From a virus, in IMG/VR virus record IMGVR_UViG_3300026484_000110: a stretch of 64,000 nucleotides of DNA. The stretch is one strand, 5' to 3'. The position numbers and the translations under genes are program-made. The notes beneath the pieces were generated by a model, which saw only the letters and a list, made by a program, of their open reading frames with translations, did not search any database and was not told the origin of the DNA. Shown here piece by piece: positions 9,568 to 18,736 of the stretch; the first letter of the stretch is position 1; each line of letters begins with the position of its first letter.

Positions 9568-11025
9568 ATGGAATTCAGTCCAAATCCAACCCAACAATTA
9601 GAACAACCAGTTAAAATAACAAAATTAATTTTATCAGAGGTACAAGGTTATAAAGACCAATTCATTAGGTCTTTTGAAGTAAACGCAGGACACGAACAAA
9701 TTGAAAGATTAGAAAACGTAGTGGATAAATCAAGAAGTCTAGGTACTAAGAATATCAAACCCATTGATATTGCTAATTCTGTACCTGACATAATGTTGCC
9801 GTCTGCTGTCCCTGTTGGTAAAGTAGATATCCCGTATGGATGGGGAGAAAAAAGGTATAGATTTTTTATGGAAGTAATTGAACCAAACCCTACAGGGTAT
9901 GGTGAGAATGTAGTAATTTTACAAGGGTATACTGAATATCCTGGGGTAATTCTAGATAAAGATCTGGTGGATGACAGAATGAGATTTTATGTAAACAGTC
10001 TGTATAAACTACACAGAGCTTTTGATCCAAATACCGGCACACTAATAGCTAGAGTGTTACTTCAGTTAAGCATACTACATCTTCCAAACGGAGGATTAGA
10101 AATAAACGATTTAACACATCAACATTATCCAGGAATGCTTCCTAATCAAAACCATGCAGTAGCTATCAGACCTGAAGATTTATTAGTAACAATAAATGCT
10201 CAGTATAGTATGGATATACCCAAAACAAATATCGTACCACAAGGTACATTAATTCAACCAGTAGATACAGACAAAACATTGAGTTTACCTGCTTATCATA
10301 TATCCAAAACAATTACTGGTGTTTTGAATGCTAGAGAAATATCTGAACAAACTTATTCAGATGCAGATATTTTAGATAACAGCATCTCATTTGTGAGAAG
10401 CGATAACAGGTTTAAATCTAAATTTATGGGGATAATATCTACCATGTACGGAATGCGTGAAACAAACACATTCACATTTGCAGACTTGAAAAAGATTGAT
10501 CCTAACGTAGATAGGATAAAAGAAATTTATGCTAGGGGACCAGGAGTAGTAACTAGTCAACAACCTATCATGGATAGTGAAGATTTATACCTCAGCAATA
10601 TTGAGAATAGACTGGCTACTATGTTAGTGGAGTCATTGTCTTCATTGTTATCTGAAAATTTACTTTCTAGCATAACGTTGACATTTACTAACGAAACAGG
10701 ACAATTTGATACTAGAGTTTTCGGTGCTGAGACTTTTGTAGATGGTATTATTACATCCGAATTTGCAGAAAAGGTAAGAATAAAATTTGAGAGCATGGTG
10801 GCTCCTGTCCTAACACAAGGTAATCAAATGTTAGTAAATGTAATTGTAAATGCTAATATTTTAGGAGATACCATTGTAGATATATCTGTAAATAATAATC
10901 CGAATGTAGTTTTCAGAATTCCTACATTTGCAGATTCTACATTTAGTCCATTGATTGCTGATAAAGCTACATTTGATAACGTAGCTGATCAGTATAGAAA
11001 TCTAATCGACATAGTAACAATATAA
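9568..11025 (+). CDS. picA: PicA/Imp1 phage-nucleus protein-import factor (phiKZ gp69-like)
   Basis: IPYGWGEKRYRFFMEV...LQGYTEYPGV...MRFYVNS motifs; position between gp68-like and gp70-like genes. Confidence 0.7.
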   Translation: MEFSPNPTQQLEQPVKITKLILSEVQGYKDQFIRSFEVNAGHEQIERLENVVDKSRSLGTKNIKPIDIANSVPDIMLPSAVPVGKVDIPYGWGEKRYRFFMEVIEPNPTGYGENVVILQGYTEYPGVILDKDLVDDRMRFYVNSLYKLHRAFDPNTGTLIARVLLQLSILHLPNGGLEINDLTHQHYPGMLPNQNHAVAIRPEDLLVTINAQYSMDIPKTNIVPQGTLIQPVDTDKTLSLPAYHISKTITGVLNAREISEQTYSDADILDNSISFVRSDNRFKSKFMGIISTMYGMRETNTFTFADLKKIDPNVDRIKEIYARGPGVVTSQQPIMDSEDLYLSNIENRLATMLVESLSSLLSENLLSSITLTFTNETGQFDTRVFGAETFVDGIITSEFAEKVRIKFESMVAPVLTQGNQMLVNVIVNANILGDTIVDISVNNNPNVVFRIPTFADSTFSPLIADKATFDNVADQYRNLIDIVTI

Positions 11026-11037
11026 AAGGAGTGTAAA

Positions 11038-12363
11038 ATGGTTAAGAATCTAATAGATTTTTATAAAGACCTTTTAGAGGTCTTTGATATAAAAACTGAT
11101 AACAATGGAAAACTATTCATAGAGAGTGATAAACGTGGTAAGTTAATGGTAGAGTTAGATGGTAAACCGTTAGTATTACCTACTACTGAAAATATAAGAG
11201 CTAGTGTAGAAATTGATAACAATGGGAAACCAGTTCAAGTTCTAGCATTATTTAATCCAGTAGATGAGTCTGCTATCAAAGGAGAAAATAAATCGTTATT
11301 AAGATTAAGAGAAATTATGGAAAGAAAGATAAATAATAGTTTTGCAGTTATGGGTGAAGTATTGTTTACTATTTTAGCAGATAAAAAAGATATTGAAGAT
11401 CCAAATCTAATCACATTTATTCAGGAGCTTAATAAATATAAAGCACCTGGAATTAAGCATTTGGTAGATGAGTCTACTGTTAAAAATTGGGTAGACATTT
11501 ATAAAGCTATTTTTGGTCTAGAAACTAATAAGCTGTATATACATACATTTCTAAAAAGAGGAGGTAAAATAGGAGATAAAAAATATACGAGAGTAGCTAC
11601 TGTTACGTTTCCTGTGTATGAAGGATTAAACAATCTGAAAAAGAACGAGACATTCTATAATGTAAAAATCAGAAATAAAGATAAACATGCGTATATGGTG
11701 TTTCATCAGTACGTCTTTAATAAGACACATGAAGAAATTTTAAGTGGTATTCAACTAGGTACCGAAAATAAAAAATCTCCGGCTTTTATAATATTGTTAA
11801 CAGCTTATGAGTTAATAAAGAATAATATTAACTCTATGATTGATATTATAAAAGCACAAGGTTATGATGTAGATTATTTGGAATCTGCTAAATTAAAAGA
11901 TTTACCTATTGATATTAAAAGCTTAGAAGAATTTATAGAGCAAGTCTGGTATGAGGTAAAAGAAATACCTAGCGATAATGAACTAATGTTTAGCGCACAA
12001 ACATCTACAACAGTAGAACCAACAATAACTAATGAAACACCACAGCAACAACAAACCATTAATAATACTCAACAGGTAGAAGAAGATGAAGATCCTATTA
12101 ATAAAATTTTAAACAATATAGGGTCTCCTATGCCGAATCCTATGGGCGGAATTCTTCCTCAACAGCAAATGATGCCGCCTATGCAACAACAACCTATGAT
12201 GCCAAATTATCAACAAACAATACAGCCTATGCAGCCTCAAATGGTGAATCCAGGTATAGGTTTACCACCTATGCAACAACAATTCACCCAGCAACAAACT
12301 AATCCACCACAAGGCATGAATCCAGGAATGAATATGGGATTTCAGTATCCATTTGGATACTGA
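11038..12363 (+). CDS. Core protein (phiKZ gp70-like) with Q/P/M-rich disordered C-tail
   Basis: LVLPTTEN...LFNPVDE..IKGEN motif; synteny after PicA; low-complexity last ~105 aa. Confidence 0.6.
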   Translation: MVKNLIDFYKDLLEVFDIKTDNNGKLFIESDKRGKLMVELDGKPLVLPTTENIRASVEIDNNGKPVQVLALFNPVDESAIKGENKSLLRLREIMERKINNSFAVMGEVLFTILADKKDIEDPNLITFIQELNKYKAPGIKHLVDESTVKNWVDIYKAIFGLETNKLYIHTFLKRGGKIGDKKYTRVATVTFPVYEGLNNLKKNETFYNVKIRNKDKHAYMVFHQYVFNKTHEEILSGIQLGTENKKSPAFIILLTAYELIKNNINSMIDIIKAQGYDVDYLESAKLKDLPIDIKSLEEFIEQVWYEVKEIPSDNELMFSAQTSTTVEPTITNETPQQQQTINNTQQVEEDEDPINKILNNIGSPMPNPMGGILPQQQMMPPMQQQPMMPNYQQTIQPMQPQMVNPGIGLPPMQQQFTQQQTNPPQGMNPGMNMGFQYPFGY

Positions 12364-12366
12364 ATC

Positions 12367-12699
12367 CTATTTCTTTTTTTGTTTCATATAACCTAATATA
12401 GCATCTATTGTATCCGGAGAAATAATGTAAATTTTTCTATCACCTTTATAATCTAAAGGATTTGTTAAATTATTAATAATCATAGTAGGTACCCAGACAT
12501 CCATAGGTATATTTAATTCATTACTTAGTAATCCAAAAAAATTACCGATATAACTATTACCTACTGCTTGTGATATTTCAGTAGGACTTATATTATTTTT
12601 AACAAATTCAGTATTTACTATTTTATCCCAGTCTTGAATCAATTTACTATCGATTTCAATAACAGGATTATTTAGTGTCCTTAATTTTTCTATGTCCAT
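12367..12699 (-). CDS. Conserved phage hypothetical protein
   Basis: SD AAGGA; GNFFGLL.....IP.D.W..TMIINNLTNPLDY motif. Confidence 0.5.
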   Translation of the reverse strand: MDIEKLRTLNNPVIEIDSKLIQDWDKIVNTEFVKNNISPTEISQAVGNSYIGNFFGLLSNELNIPMDVWVPTMIINNLTNPLDYKGDRKIYIISPDTIDAILGYMKQKKK

Positions 12700-12711
12700 T
12701 TTCTTTCCTTT

Positions 12712-13311
12712 TTATTTTTTAACTTCCATCAAATGTCCAAACATCATCTCTCTGACGCGATCTAATTTATCATCGAGTGTATTAAAGTCTCTGGTCAATC
12801 TGGCTACTTCAGCTTTTAAGACTTTATATTCGTGAAAAACTTCACTGTGGGATTGAATGTATTCAATACTTTTATCTAATGTCAGAATTTGTGTTTTTAT
12901 ACCAGTTACAATTTTATCATTTTCAGAAATTAAATCACGTAGTGTATCATATTTACTAAATAAGAGTTTAGTTCTATTTTCCATTTCCAATTTATCATCG
13001 TTTATTTTAACTGTTAAATCATGTTCGATCTTTTCGTTTATTTTTGTAAAATTTTTTTCTACCTTTTCTAATTCTGTTTTGATATCGGATATGTTTTTAT
13101 TTAATTCTTTTTCTACTTTTAGACTATGTTCTTTTATAGTAGTATTAATATAATGTTTTAAATTATCATTTTCTGTTTCTAAATCTTCTATTCTACCAGT
13201 TAATTCATTAATTTTACCTTTAATAGAATAAATAGCACCTAATCCCGCTACTGCGGAACCTATTAAAGAAATAAGAATTTCGGTATCTATTTCTATTCCA
13301 TTTATATTCAT
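12712..13311 (-). CDS. Membrane-anchored coiled-coil protein
   Basis: N-terminal hydrophobic helix ILISLIGSAVAGLGAIYSI then heptad-rich region. Confidence 0.6.
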   Translation of the reverse strand: MNINGIEIDTEILISLIGSAVAGLGAIYSIKGKINELTGRIEDLETENDNLKHYINTTIKEHSLKVEKELNKNISDIKTELEKVEKNFTKINEKIEHDLTVKINDDKLEMENRTKLLFSKYDTLRDLISENDKIVTGIKTQILTLDKSIEYIQSHSEVFHEYKVLKAEVARLTRDFNTLDDKLDRVREMMFGHLMEVKK

Positions 13312-13401
13312 GGCTCAATCCTTTCTCCCTTTTGAAAAAGAGATTACGAAATATTATATAATTTATCTAAATAATCAATGGAAATTCAATATTTTTTAGA
13401 T

Positions 13402-13414
13402 AATATATTATTAA
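13402..13414 (+). promoter_or_regulatory. Putative early promoter (nvRNAP beta-C/beta'-C)
   Basis: AATATATTATTAA, 51 nt before ATG. Confidence 0.6.
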
Positions 13415-13452
13415 TTAGGATAGATTAGAAATTAAGAAAAAAGGAGTCCAAT

Positions 13453-15711
13453 ATGTCCAAAAAAAGATTACAAGTGTCTAACGAAATTAAAAGCATGTTT
13501 GATAAGTTTAAAGAACATGATCCTGATTTAAAAATTGATAATAGGTTATTAGCTACTTCAGGATTAAATCCATTCATCATTTATAATAGTAGTCCTAGAG
13601 GTTTGATGATGTCTAGTCATGTAGCGCAAATATTAGTATTAGAAAAACCAGAAAAAAGAATTGTCTATACTGGTCTAGAAAATGAATTTGGTAAATATGC
13701 GATTACAAAAGAGTTTGAACACGATAGTGAAGTTATATCTATAGTACATAGATATAATAAAACCACATTAGGTAAAGAACCTACTGAGTATGTTGTAATT
13801 TATAAAGATTTAGAAACAGGTAAAATTGACTCTATGTCGATTCCATATTATAACAAGTTTCATCCATATTTTGGATTTAAGTATAATATTAATAAAGATT
13901 TGTTAGACAATCTTTTTGCAGGTGATGTTATACCAGCAGGTACAAAAGTAGCATGGCCTAATACTGTGTTAGAAGATGGTTACGGCATCGGTGTCAATAT
14001 GAATATGGCGCTTATGTCTTTAGACGGCGTAGCTGAAGATGGTTTTATTATTAGTAAAAGTGCTTTAAAGAAGTTGATGTTTAGAATGTTTGAATCTAGA
14101 AGTATAACGTTTGGTGAAAATGCTTATCCGTTAAATATTTACGGAGATAATGAGCATTTTAAAGCTTTTCCTGAACTATATGAAGAAATTAATGAAACAT
14201 CCGTAGTAGCTGCTAGTAGGAAATATAGGGACGATTTAGTACCAGGTTTAATGGGTATAGAAGATATGAAATCTTTTAATCCTATTTTTGACAATGTAGT
14301 TTATGTAAGCGGTGAAGGAGGTAAAGTCGTAGATATTAAAGTCTACAAAAATCCTAAGAAAAAGAAAACACTACCTAAAAATACTGATGAACAGTTAGAA
14401 AGATATGGAGAAGAGTTATTAAACTTTTATAAACAGATTGTATCTGTTTATAATAACTTAAATCAACAACATAAAAGTCTTACTGGTAATAGTTTGGTAG
14501 TGGGACATGAGTTTAATAGATTAGTGGTTGAAGCTATGAATATTTTAGGTAGTAGTAAAGAAAATGCTAGGATTAAAAAGACTTATCGTAAAGAAGATAT
14601 GGATTTGTATAGAGTAGAATTTGTTATCGAATATTTAATGGAATCTACCATAGGTATGAAGCTAACCGACTATCACGGTGCTAAAGGTGTAATAGTACAA
14701 ATCTGGGATGATGAGAATATGCCTGTGGATGAAGATGGTAACAGAGCTGATATTATTGCTGACCCAGCATCTACTGTTTCTAGATTAAATATAGGTAGAC
14801 TCTATGAAAGATATTTTGGAGCAGCTAGTAGAAAAGCTAAGAAGATTATAAGACAAGATATTGCTGAATTTTTAAACAAAAAAGAAGATGAAATTACTGG
14901 AGATGATGTAGACAAACTGTCGTTAGAACAGATAGGTGTAATTTGGAATCATGATGTCTTAGAGTTTCTAAAACTAATTGATACACCACAGTATGAGATA
15001 TTTAAAGAGGCTTATGAAAATAACGAGATTGAAGAAATCAAAGTTACGTTAAAGGATATTGTAGAAAATGAATTTTATATCCATTATAATAATGAAATGG
15101 AAAAAAGAGCATATGAAGTAGTATTGGATATTGAGAATAGTAAGTTCAAGCCACCGTATGGTCCTGTGAAATATAAAGAATATGGGAAAACATATGTAAC
15201 ACAAGATCCTGTAATGATTGCACCGCTATATATGATGTTGTTAAATAAAATCGCTGATGGCATGTTAAGTTGTGCATCTGCAAAATTAAATCATTTTGGA
15301 TTACCTATTGGGGTATCTAAATCCGATAAATATAGATTGCCTTGGAGAAATTCACCTACTAGAACAATCGGTGAAACTGAATCTAGAATATTTGCTAGTT
15401 ATGGTGGTAGAAAGTTACTAGCTGAGTTAAAAGATAGAGCAGCATCTGTAGAAACACACTCTAAGGTATATGAAAACATACTGAAAGCTGAAAAACCTAC
15501 CAATATTGATGTCTTAATAGATAGAAATAAACATCCATATGGTGGAGACAGAGCATTAGTAAATCTAGAGACACTGTTTAATTCAGTAGGATTGGATTTA
15601 GAATTTGTAGAAGATAAGCACAGATATTACGAACCTATTGAAAAAGTAGATAATAAAATTGATTTAGATTCTGTGGAGCATATAGAAGACGACCACACAG
15701 ATGACGAGTAA
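13453..15711 (+). CDS. Non-virion RNAP beta subunit, C-terminal part (phiKZ gp71-73-like)
   Basis: GMKLTDYHGAKGVI...ADII.DP.STVSRLNIGRLYE; EDGFII; GETESR motifs. Confidence 0.9.
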   Translation: MSKKRLQVSNEIKSMFDKFKEHDPDLKIDNRLLATSGLNPFIIYNSSPRGLMMSSHVAQILVLEKPEKRIVYTGLENEFGKYAITKEFEHDSEVISIVHRYNKTTLGKEPTEYVVIYKDLETGKIDSMSIPYYNKFHPYFGFKYNINKDLLDNLFAGDVIPAGTKVAWPNTVLEDGYGIGVNMNMALMSLDGVAEDGFIISKSALKKLMFRMFESRSITFGENAYPLNIYGDNEHFKAFPELYEEINETSVVAASRKYRDDLVPGLMGIEDMKSFNPIFDNVVYVSGEGGKVVDIKVYKNPKKKKTLPKNTDEQLERYGEELLNFYKQIVSVYNNLNQQHKSLTGNSLVVGHEFNRLVVEAMNILGSSKENARIKKTYRKEDMDLYRVEFVIEYLMESTIGMKLTDYHGAKGVIVQIWDDENMPVDEDGNRADIIADPASTVSRLNIGRLYERYFGAASRKAKKIIRQDIAEFLNKKEDEITGDDVDKLSLEQIGVIWNHDVLEFLKLIDTPQYEIFKEAYENNEIEEIKVTLKDIVENEFYIHYNNEMEKRAYEVVLDIENSKFKPPYGPVKYKEYGKTYVTQDPVMIAPLYMMLLNKIADGMLSCASAKLNHFGLPIGVSKSDKYRLPWRNSPTRTIGETESRIFASYGGRKLLAELKDRAASVETHSKVYENILKAEKPTNIDVLIDRNKHPYGGDRALVNLETLFNSVGLDLEFVEDKHRYYEPIEKVDNKIDLDSVEHIEDDHTDDE

Positions 15712-15724
15712 AAAAGGAGCCAAA

Positions 15725-17761
15725 ATGAACCCGATCCCAGTAAGAAATCTATTCAATCTCAAACCTAGTGAAATAGTAAATCTAAAAACAGGATTTCCTA
15801 TCCTGTTTGAAGATGGTGTGGTAATTGATGCTAAACCTAGAGAAATTATTGTCTTTAGATATTTTATGGATTTTGTTACAAAACTAAAAGAAGCTAAAAA
15901 AATGCCTATTATATCTGATATGTTTATTAGTAAACATTATGAAGAAGGTTATTTTAATAGCGGTACATATACAGGAATGTTTAGTGTGGTGTTTAAAACA
16001 TTTACAGAGCATGTAGCTAAAAAGTATTCAGATGGTAGAATACTAATTAGAGAGTTGTTAAAAGAAATATATAAAGCCACAAATAAGATTACAAAAGATT
16101 TAGTACCTCATCTTGGAGAGTATGTAATTGGTGTAGAAGTACAAGACATTTTAGAGGTACAATTTCACAAAGAATTATTGGATTCAATAGTAGAGGTAAC
16201 TAAACACCCAGATCAACACCATATTGAACAAACATACAATGTCTTGGATGATATTGTACGTAATAAATTAGATAATAAAAATATAATCAGATTGATTTAT
16301 CTTAGTAAGATGGTAAATCTGGATCAGTTAAGACAATTGTTTGGTAGTAGAGGATTTCTTACAGAAATTAATTCTAGAATATTTGCTTTACCGATGACAA
16401 ATAGTTTTACCTTAGGTGCTAAAAATATCTATGAATTAGCTATAGAATCTAGAGCAGGTGCTAAAGCTTTATTCTTGTCATCTCGAGCTATTCAGGATTC
16501 GGAATATATGGCAAGAGAATTACAGTTAGCTACTATGGTAGCTGAAAACTTAGTAATAGGGGATTGTGGTAGTAAAGAATATGTAGACTATTATGTAACT
16601 CCTAAAGAAGTAGATCCAGTTACTGGAAAACTTATTTATAAAGGAGATTTGAAAAATTTAATAGGTAAACGATTTTTAAATCCTAATACTGGTAAAGAAG
16701 AAGTAATCACAAAAGATCATACTTGGTTAGAAGGGCAAACAATTAAATTACGTTCAGCGGTGAATTGTAAGTTAAGAGATAAGAAACAAATTTGTAGTGC
16801 ATGCTATGGTGAATTAGCATATTCGCTGTTCCCACATCAAAACGTAGGGCATGTAAATACTGTAAATATTACTAAGCCTATATCGCAATCTATTATATCC
16901 ACTAAGCACTTAACAAAGTCAGCTAGTAGTGGTGCTGTAGAGATAGACAATAGTGCTAAAAAGTATTTTACTGTAAAAGATAAAAATAAATTGGTATTTT
17001 TAAGTAAGTATTTCGGTAGGAAAACAAAACATCTCAGAATTCATATACCGCAAGAACAAGCTTTTGGTCTAAAAGATGTACTACAGATAGGTAACATTCT
17101 TAAAATTAACCTTAATAAGGTATCCAGGTTATCAGATATTTTAATAGAAGAAACAGGTAATAAGGCACCTGTATTTGATCCTATCAATTTGAAATCTGGT
17201 AATAAGTTTGGATTCTTTACAACATACTTTTGGCAGTATGTGATTAAGCACGGATATGAAATAGATGAATTTGATAACTATGTAGTAGACTTAGAAAATT
17301 GGGATTATAAGAAACCAATTATCCAATATGAAAAAATGGAATTCGATTTTGCTACATTGTCTAAAGAATTTAAGAAACTAATTAAGACAAGGAAATATTA
17401 TAAAGTAAATGGCGTTAAAAGAGCAGAATTTACACCAGATGTATTAGTCCAGAAATTGTTCGATTTAGTAAATAAGAAACTGGATATTAATATTGCATTA
17501 TTAGAAGCTTTAGTGTATCCTTTTACTGCTTGGGATATTAATAATGAAAATTATGATCTGGGTAGAAATAGTCCAAATAACGACCTAGTAGGGTTGAAGT
17601 ATGCAATTGATTATAGGTCAATAGGTGGTAGCTATGGCTGGAGTAAATTACAAGCCAAAATAGCTGATCCAGCGCTACATGAGAAAAATTTCAAACCAGA
17701 TCATCCGCTAGATGTATTATTTAAACCTAATGAAGTTATTAAAATAGTAGGAGAGAAGTAA
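15725..17761 (+). CDS. Non-virion RNAP beta' subunit, C-terminal part (phiKZ gp74-like)
   Basis: GSRGF, ESRAGAKAL...IQDSEY, GDCG and LRSAVNC...CSACYG zinc site; SD AAGGAG before 15725. Confidence 0.9.
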   Translation: MNPIPVRNLFNLKPSEIVNLKTGFPILFEDGVVIDAKPREIIVFRYFMDFVTKLKEAKKMPIISDMFISKHYEEGYFNSGTYTGMFSVVFKTFTEHVAKKYSDGRILIRELLKEIYKATNKITKDLVPHLGEYVIGVEVQDILEVQFHKELLDSIVEVTKHPDQHHIEQTYNVLDDIVRNKLDNKNIIRLIYLSKMVNLDQLRQLFGSRGFLTEINSRIFALPMTNSFTLGAKNIYELAIESRAGAKALFLSSRAIQDSEYMARELQLATMVAENLVIGDCGSKEYVDYYVTPKEVDPVTGKLIYKGDLKNLIGKRFLNPNTGKEEVITKDHTWLEGQTIKLRSAVNCKLRDKKQICSACYGELAYSLFPHQNVGHVNTVNITKPISQSIISTKHLTKSASSGAVEIDNSAKKYFTVKDKNKLVFLSKYFGRKTKHLRIHIPQEQAFGLKDVLQIGNILKINLNKVSRLSDILIEETGNKAPVFDPINLKSGNKFGFFTTYFWQYVIKHGYEIDEFDNYVVDLENWDYKKPIIQYEKMEFDFATLSKEFKKLIKTRKYYKVNGVKRAEFTPDVLVQKLFDLVNKKLDINIALLEALVYPFTAWDINNENYDLGRNSPNNDLVGLKYAIDYRSIGGSYGWSKLQAKIADPALHEKNFKPDHPLDVLFKPNEVIKIVGEK

Positions 17762-17775
17762 TCTCCTACTATTTT
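17741..17775 (+). terminator. Intrinsic terminator after beta'-C
   Basis: AAAATAGTAGGAGA / TCTCCTACTATTTT. Confidence 0.75.
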
Positions 17776-17806
17776 TTCTACATTGATGTGAAATATCTTT
17801 AAAAAG

Positions 17807-18211
17807 GTGAAGATGATGAGTAGACTAGATAGAGATGGATTAAACGCGGACATACGTAAGCATAAGAGAAATTTATATTATTTATCTGGACTAACAGCAG
17901 TGATATCTGCTGGTATAATGACTGTGGTATCTACTAAGGTAAGTTGTGAATCTAATGTGTTGTTTCCATTATTAACAATTGCCTTTTTTATATTAACTCT
18001 TATTATTTTAGAGTTAAACAATAGAATACTGTTGACTAGATCTCTAGAAGCTTTACTGGATGGTTATGAATATGAGATGGGGGATGAAAAAGAACATTTT
18101 TTTAGAAAAATTTCTGCTTTTATCAGAATCCATTTTAAAGAGTTTAGCAAACATCTTAAAGATAAAAAATACTACGATATGCTAAATTTAGAAAGGGACG
18201 CTCATGGGTAG
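17807..18211 (+). CDS. Two-TM membrane protein
   Basis: Two hydrophobic segments flanked by charged helices. Confidence 0.55.
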   Translation: MKMMSRLDRDGLNADIRKHKRNLYYLSGLTAVISAGIMTVVSTKVSCESNVLFPLLTIAFFILTLIILELNNRILLTRSLEALLDGYEYEMGDEKEHFFRKISAFIRIHFKEFSKHLKDKKYYDMLNLERDAHG

Positions 18212-18656
18212 TAAAATACAATTATCTCCTACGGAGATATTAAATTATTTAAAATATGTAAGGAGTGAAGTTTCTAGAGTCTACAGAAAAACAATGATAA
18301 AGGTAACACTAGTTTTAACAATATTATTATTAACAGCAATATTAATACCTACTATTGAGAAAGCGATTGTTAACGCTACTGCATCGGAAGCAGCTATAGT
18401 AGTAGTATATATTTTTATACTGATTTTAGCAATTTTGTCTATACACTATTTTGCAAAAATATCTGATTATAAACAGATTATATATAGTGTAGATAGATAT
18501 ATTAAACGTACTAGTAATTCATATTTAAAAAATGAACCAGAAGAACTTAATTATATCTTTGGCAAATTTATAAAATCAATTTGTAGAACATTGAAAATAA
18601 ATAGAGAGAAGATGATATCGTATCTTGTAAATCATGATTTACAAAAGGCGCTATAG
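18204..18656 (+). CDS. Two-TM membrane protein
   Basis: Two hydrophobic segments; 8-nt overlap with previous ORF. Confidence 0.55.
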   Translation: MGSKIQLSPTEILNYLKYVRSEVSRVYRKTMIKVTLVLTILLLTAILIPTIEKAIVNATASEAAIVVVYIFILILAILSIHYFAKISDYKQIIYSVDRYIKRTSNSYLKNEPEELNYIFGKFIKSICRTLKINREKMISYLVNHDLQKAL

Positions 18657-18676
18657 GAGAGTAGAATCTCCTATAG
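18651..18676 (+). terminator. Intrinsic terminator
   Basis: CTATAGGAGA / TCTCCTATAG. Confidence 0.65.
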
Positions 18677-18736
18677 TCTATTCATTATTTTCACCGCTCT
18701 ATATATCAATGACAGTTTGATCCTAAGGAGGAAACA

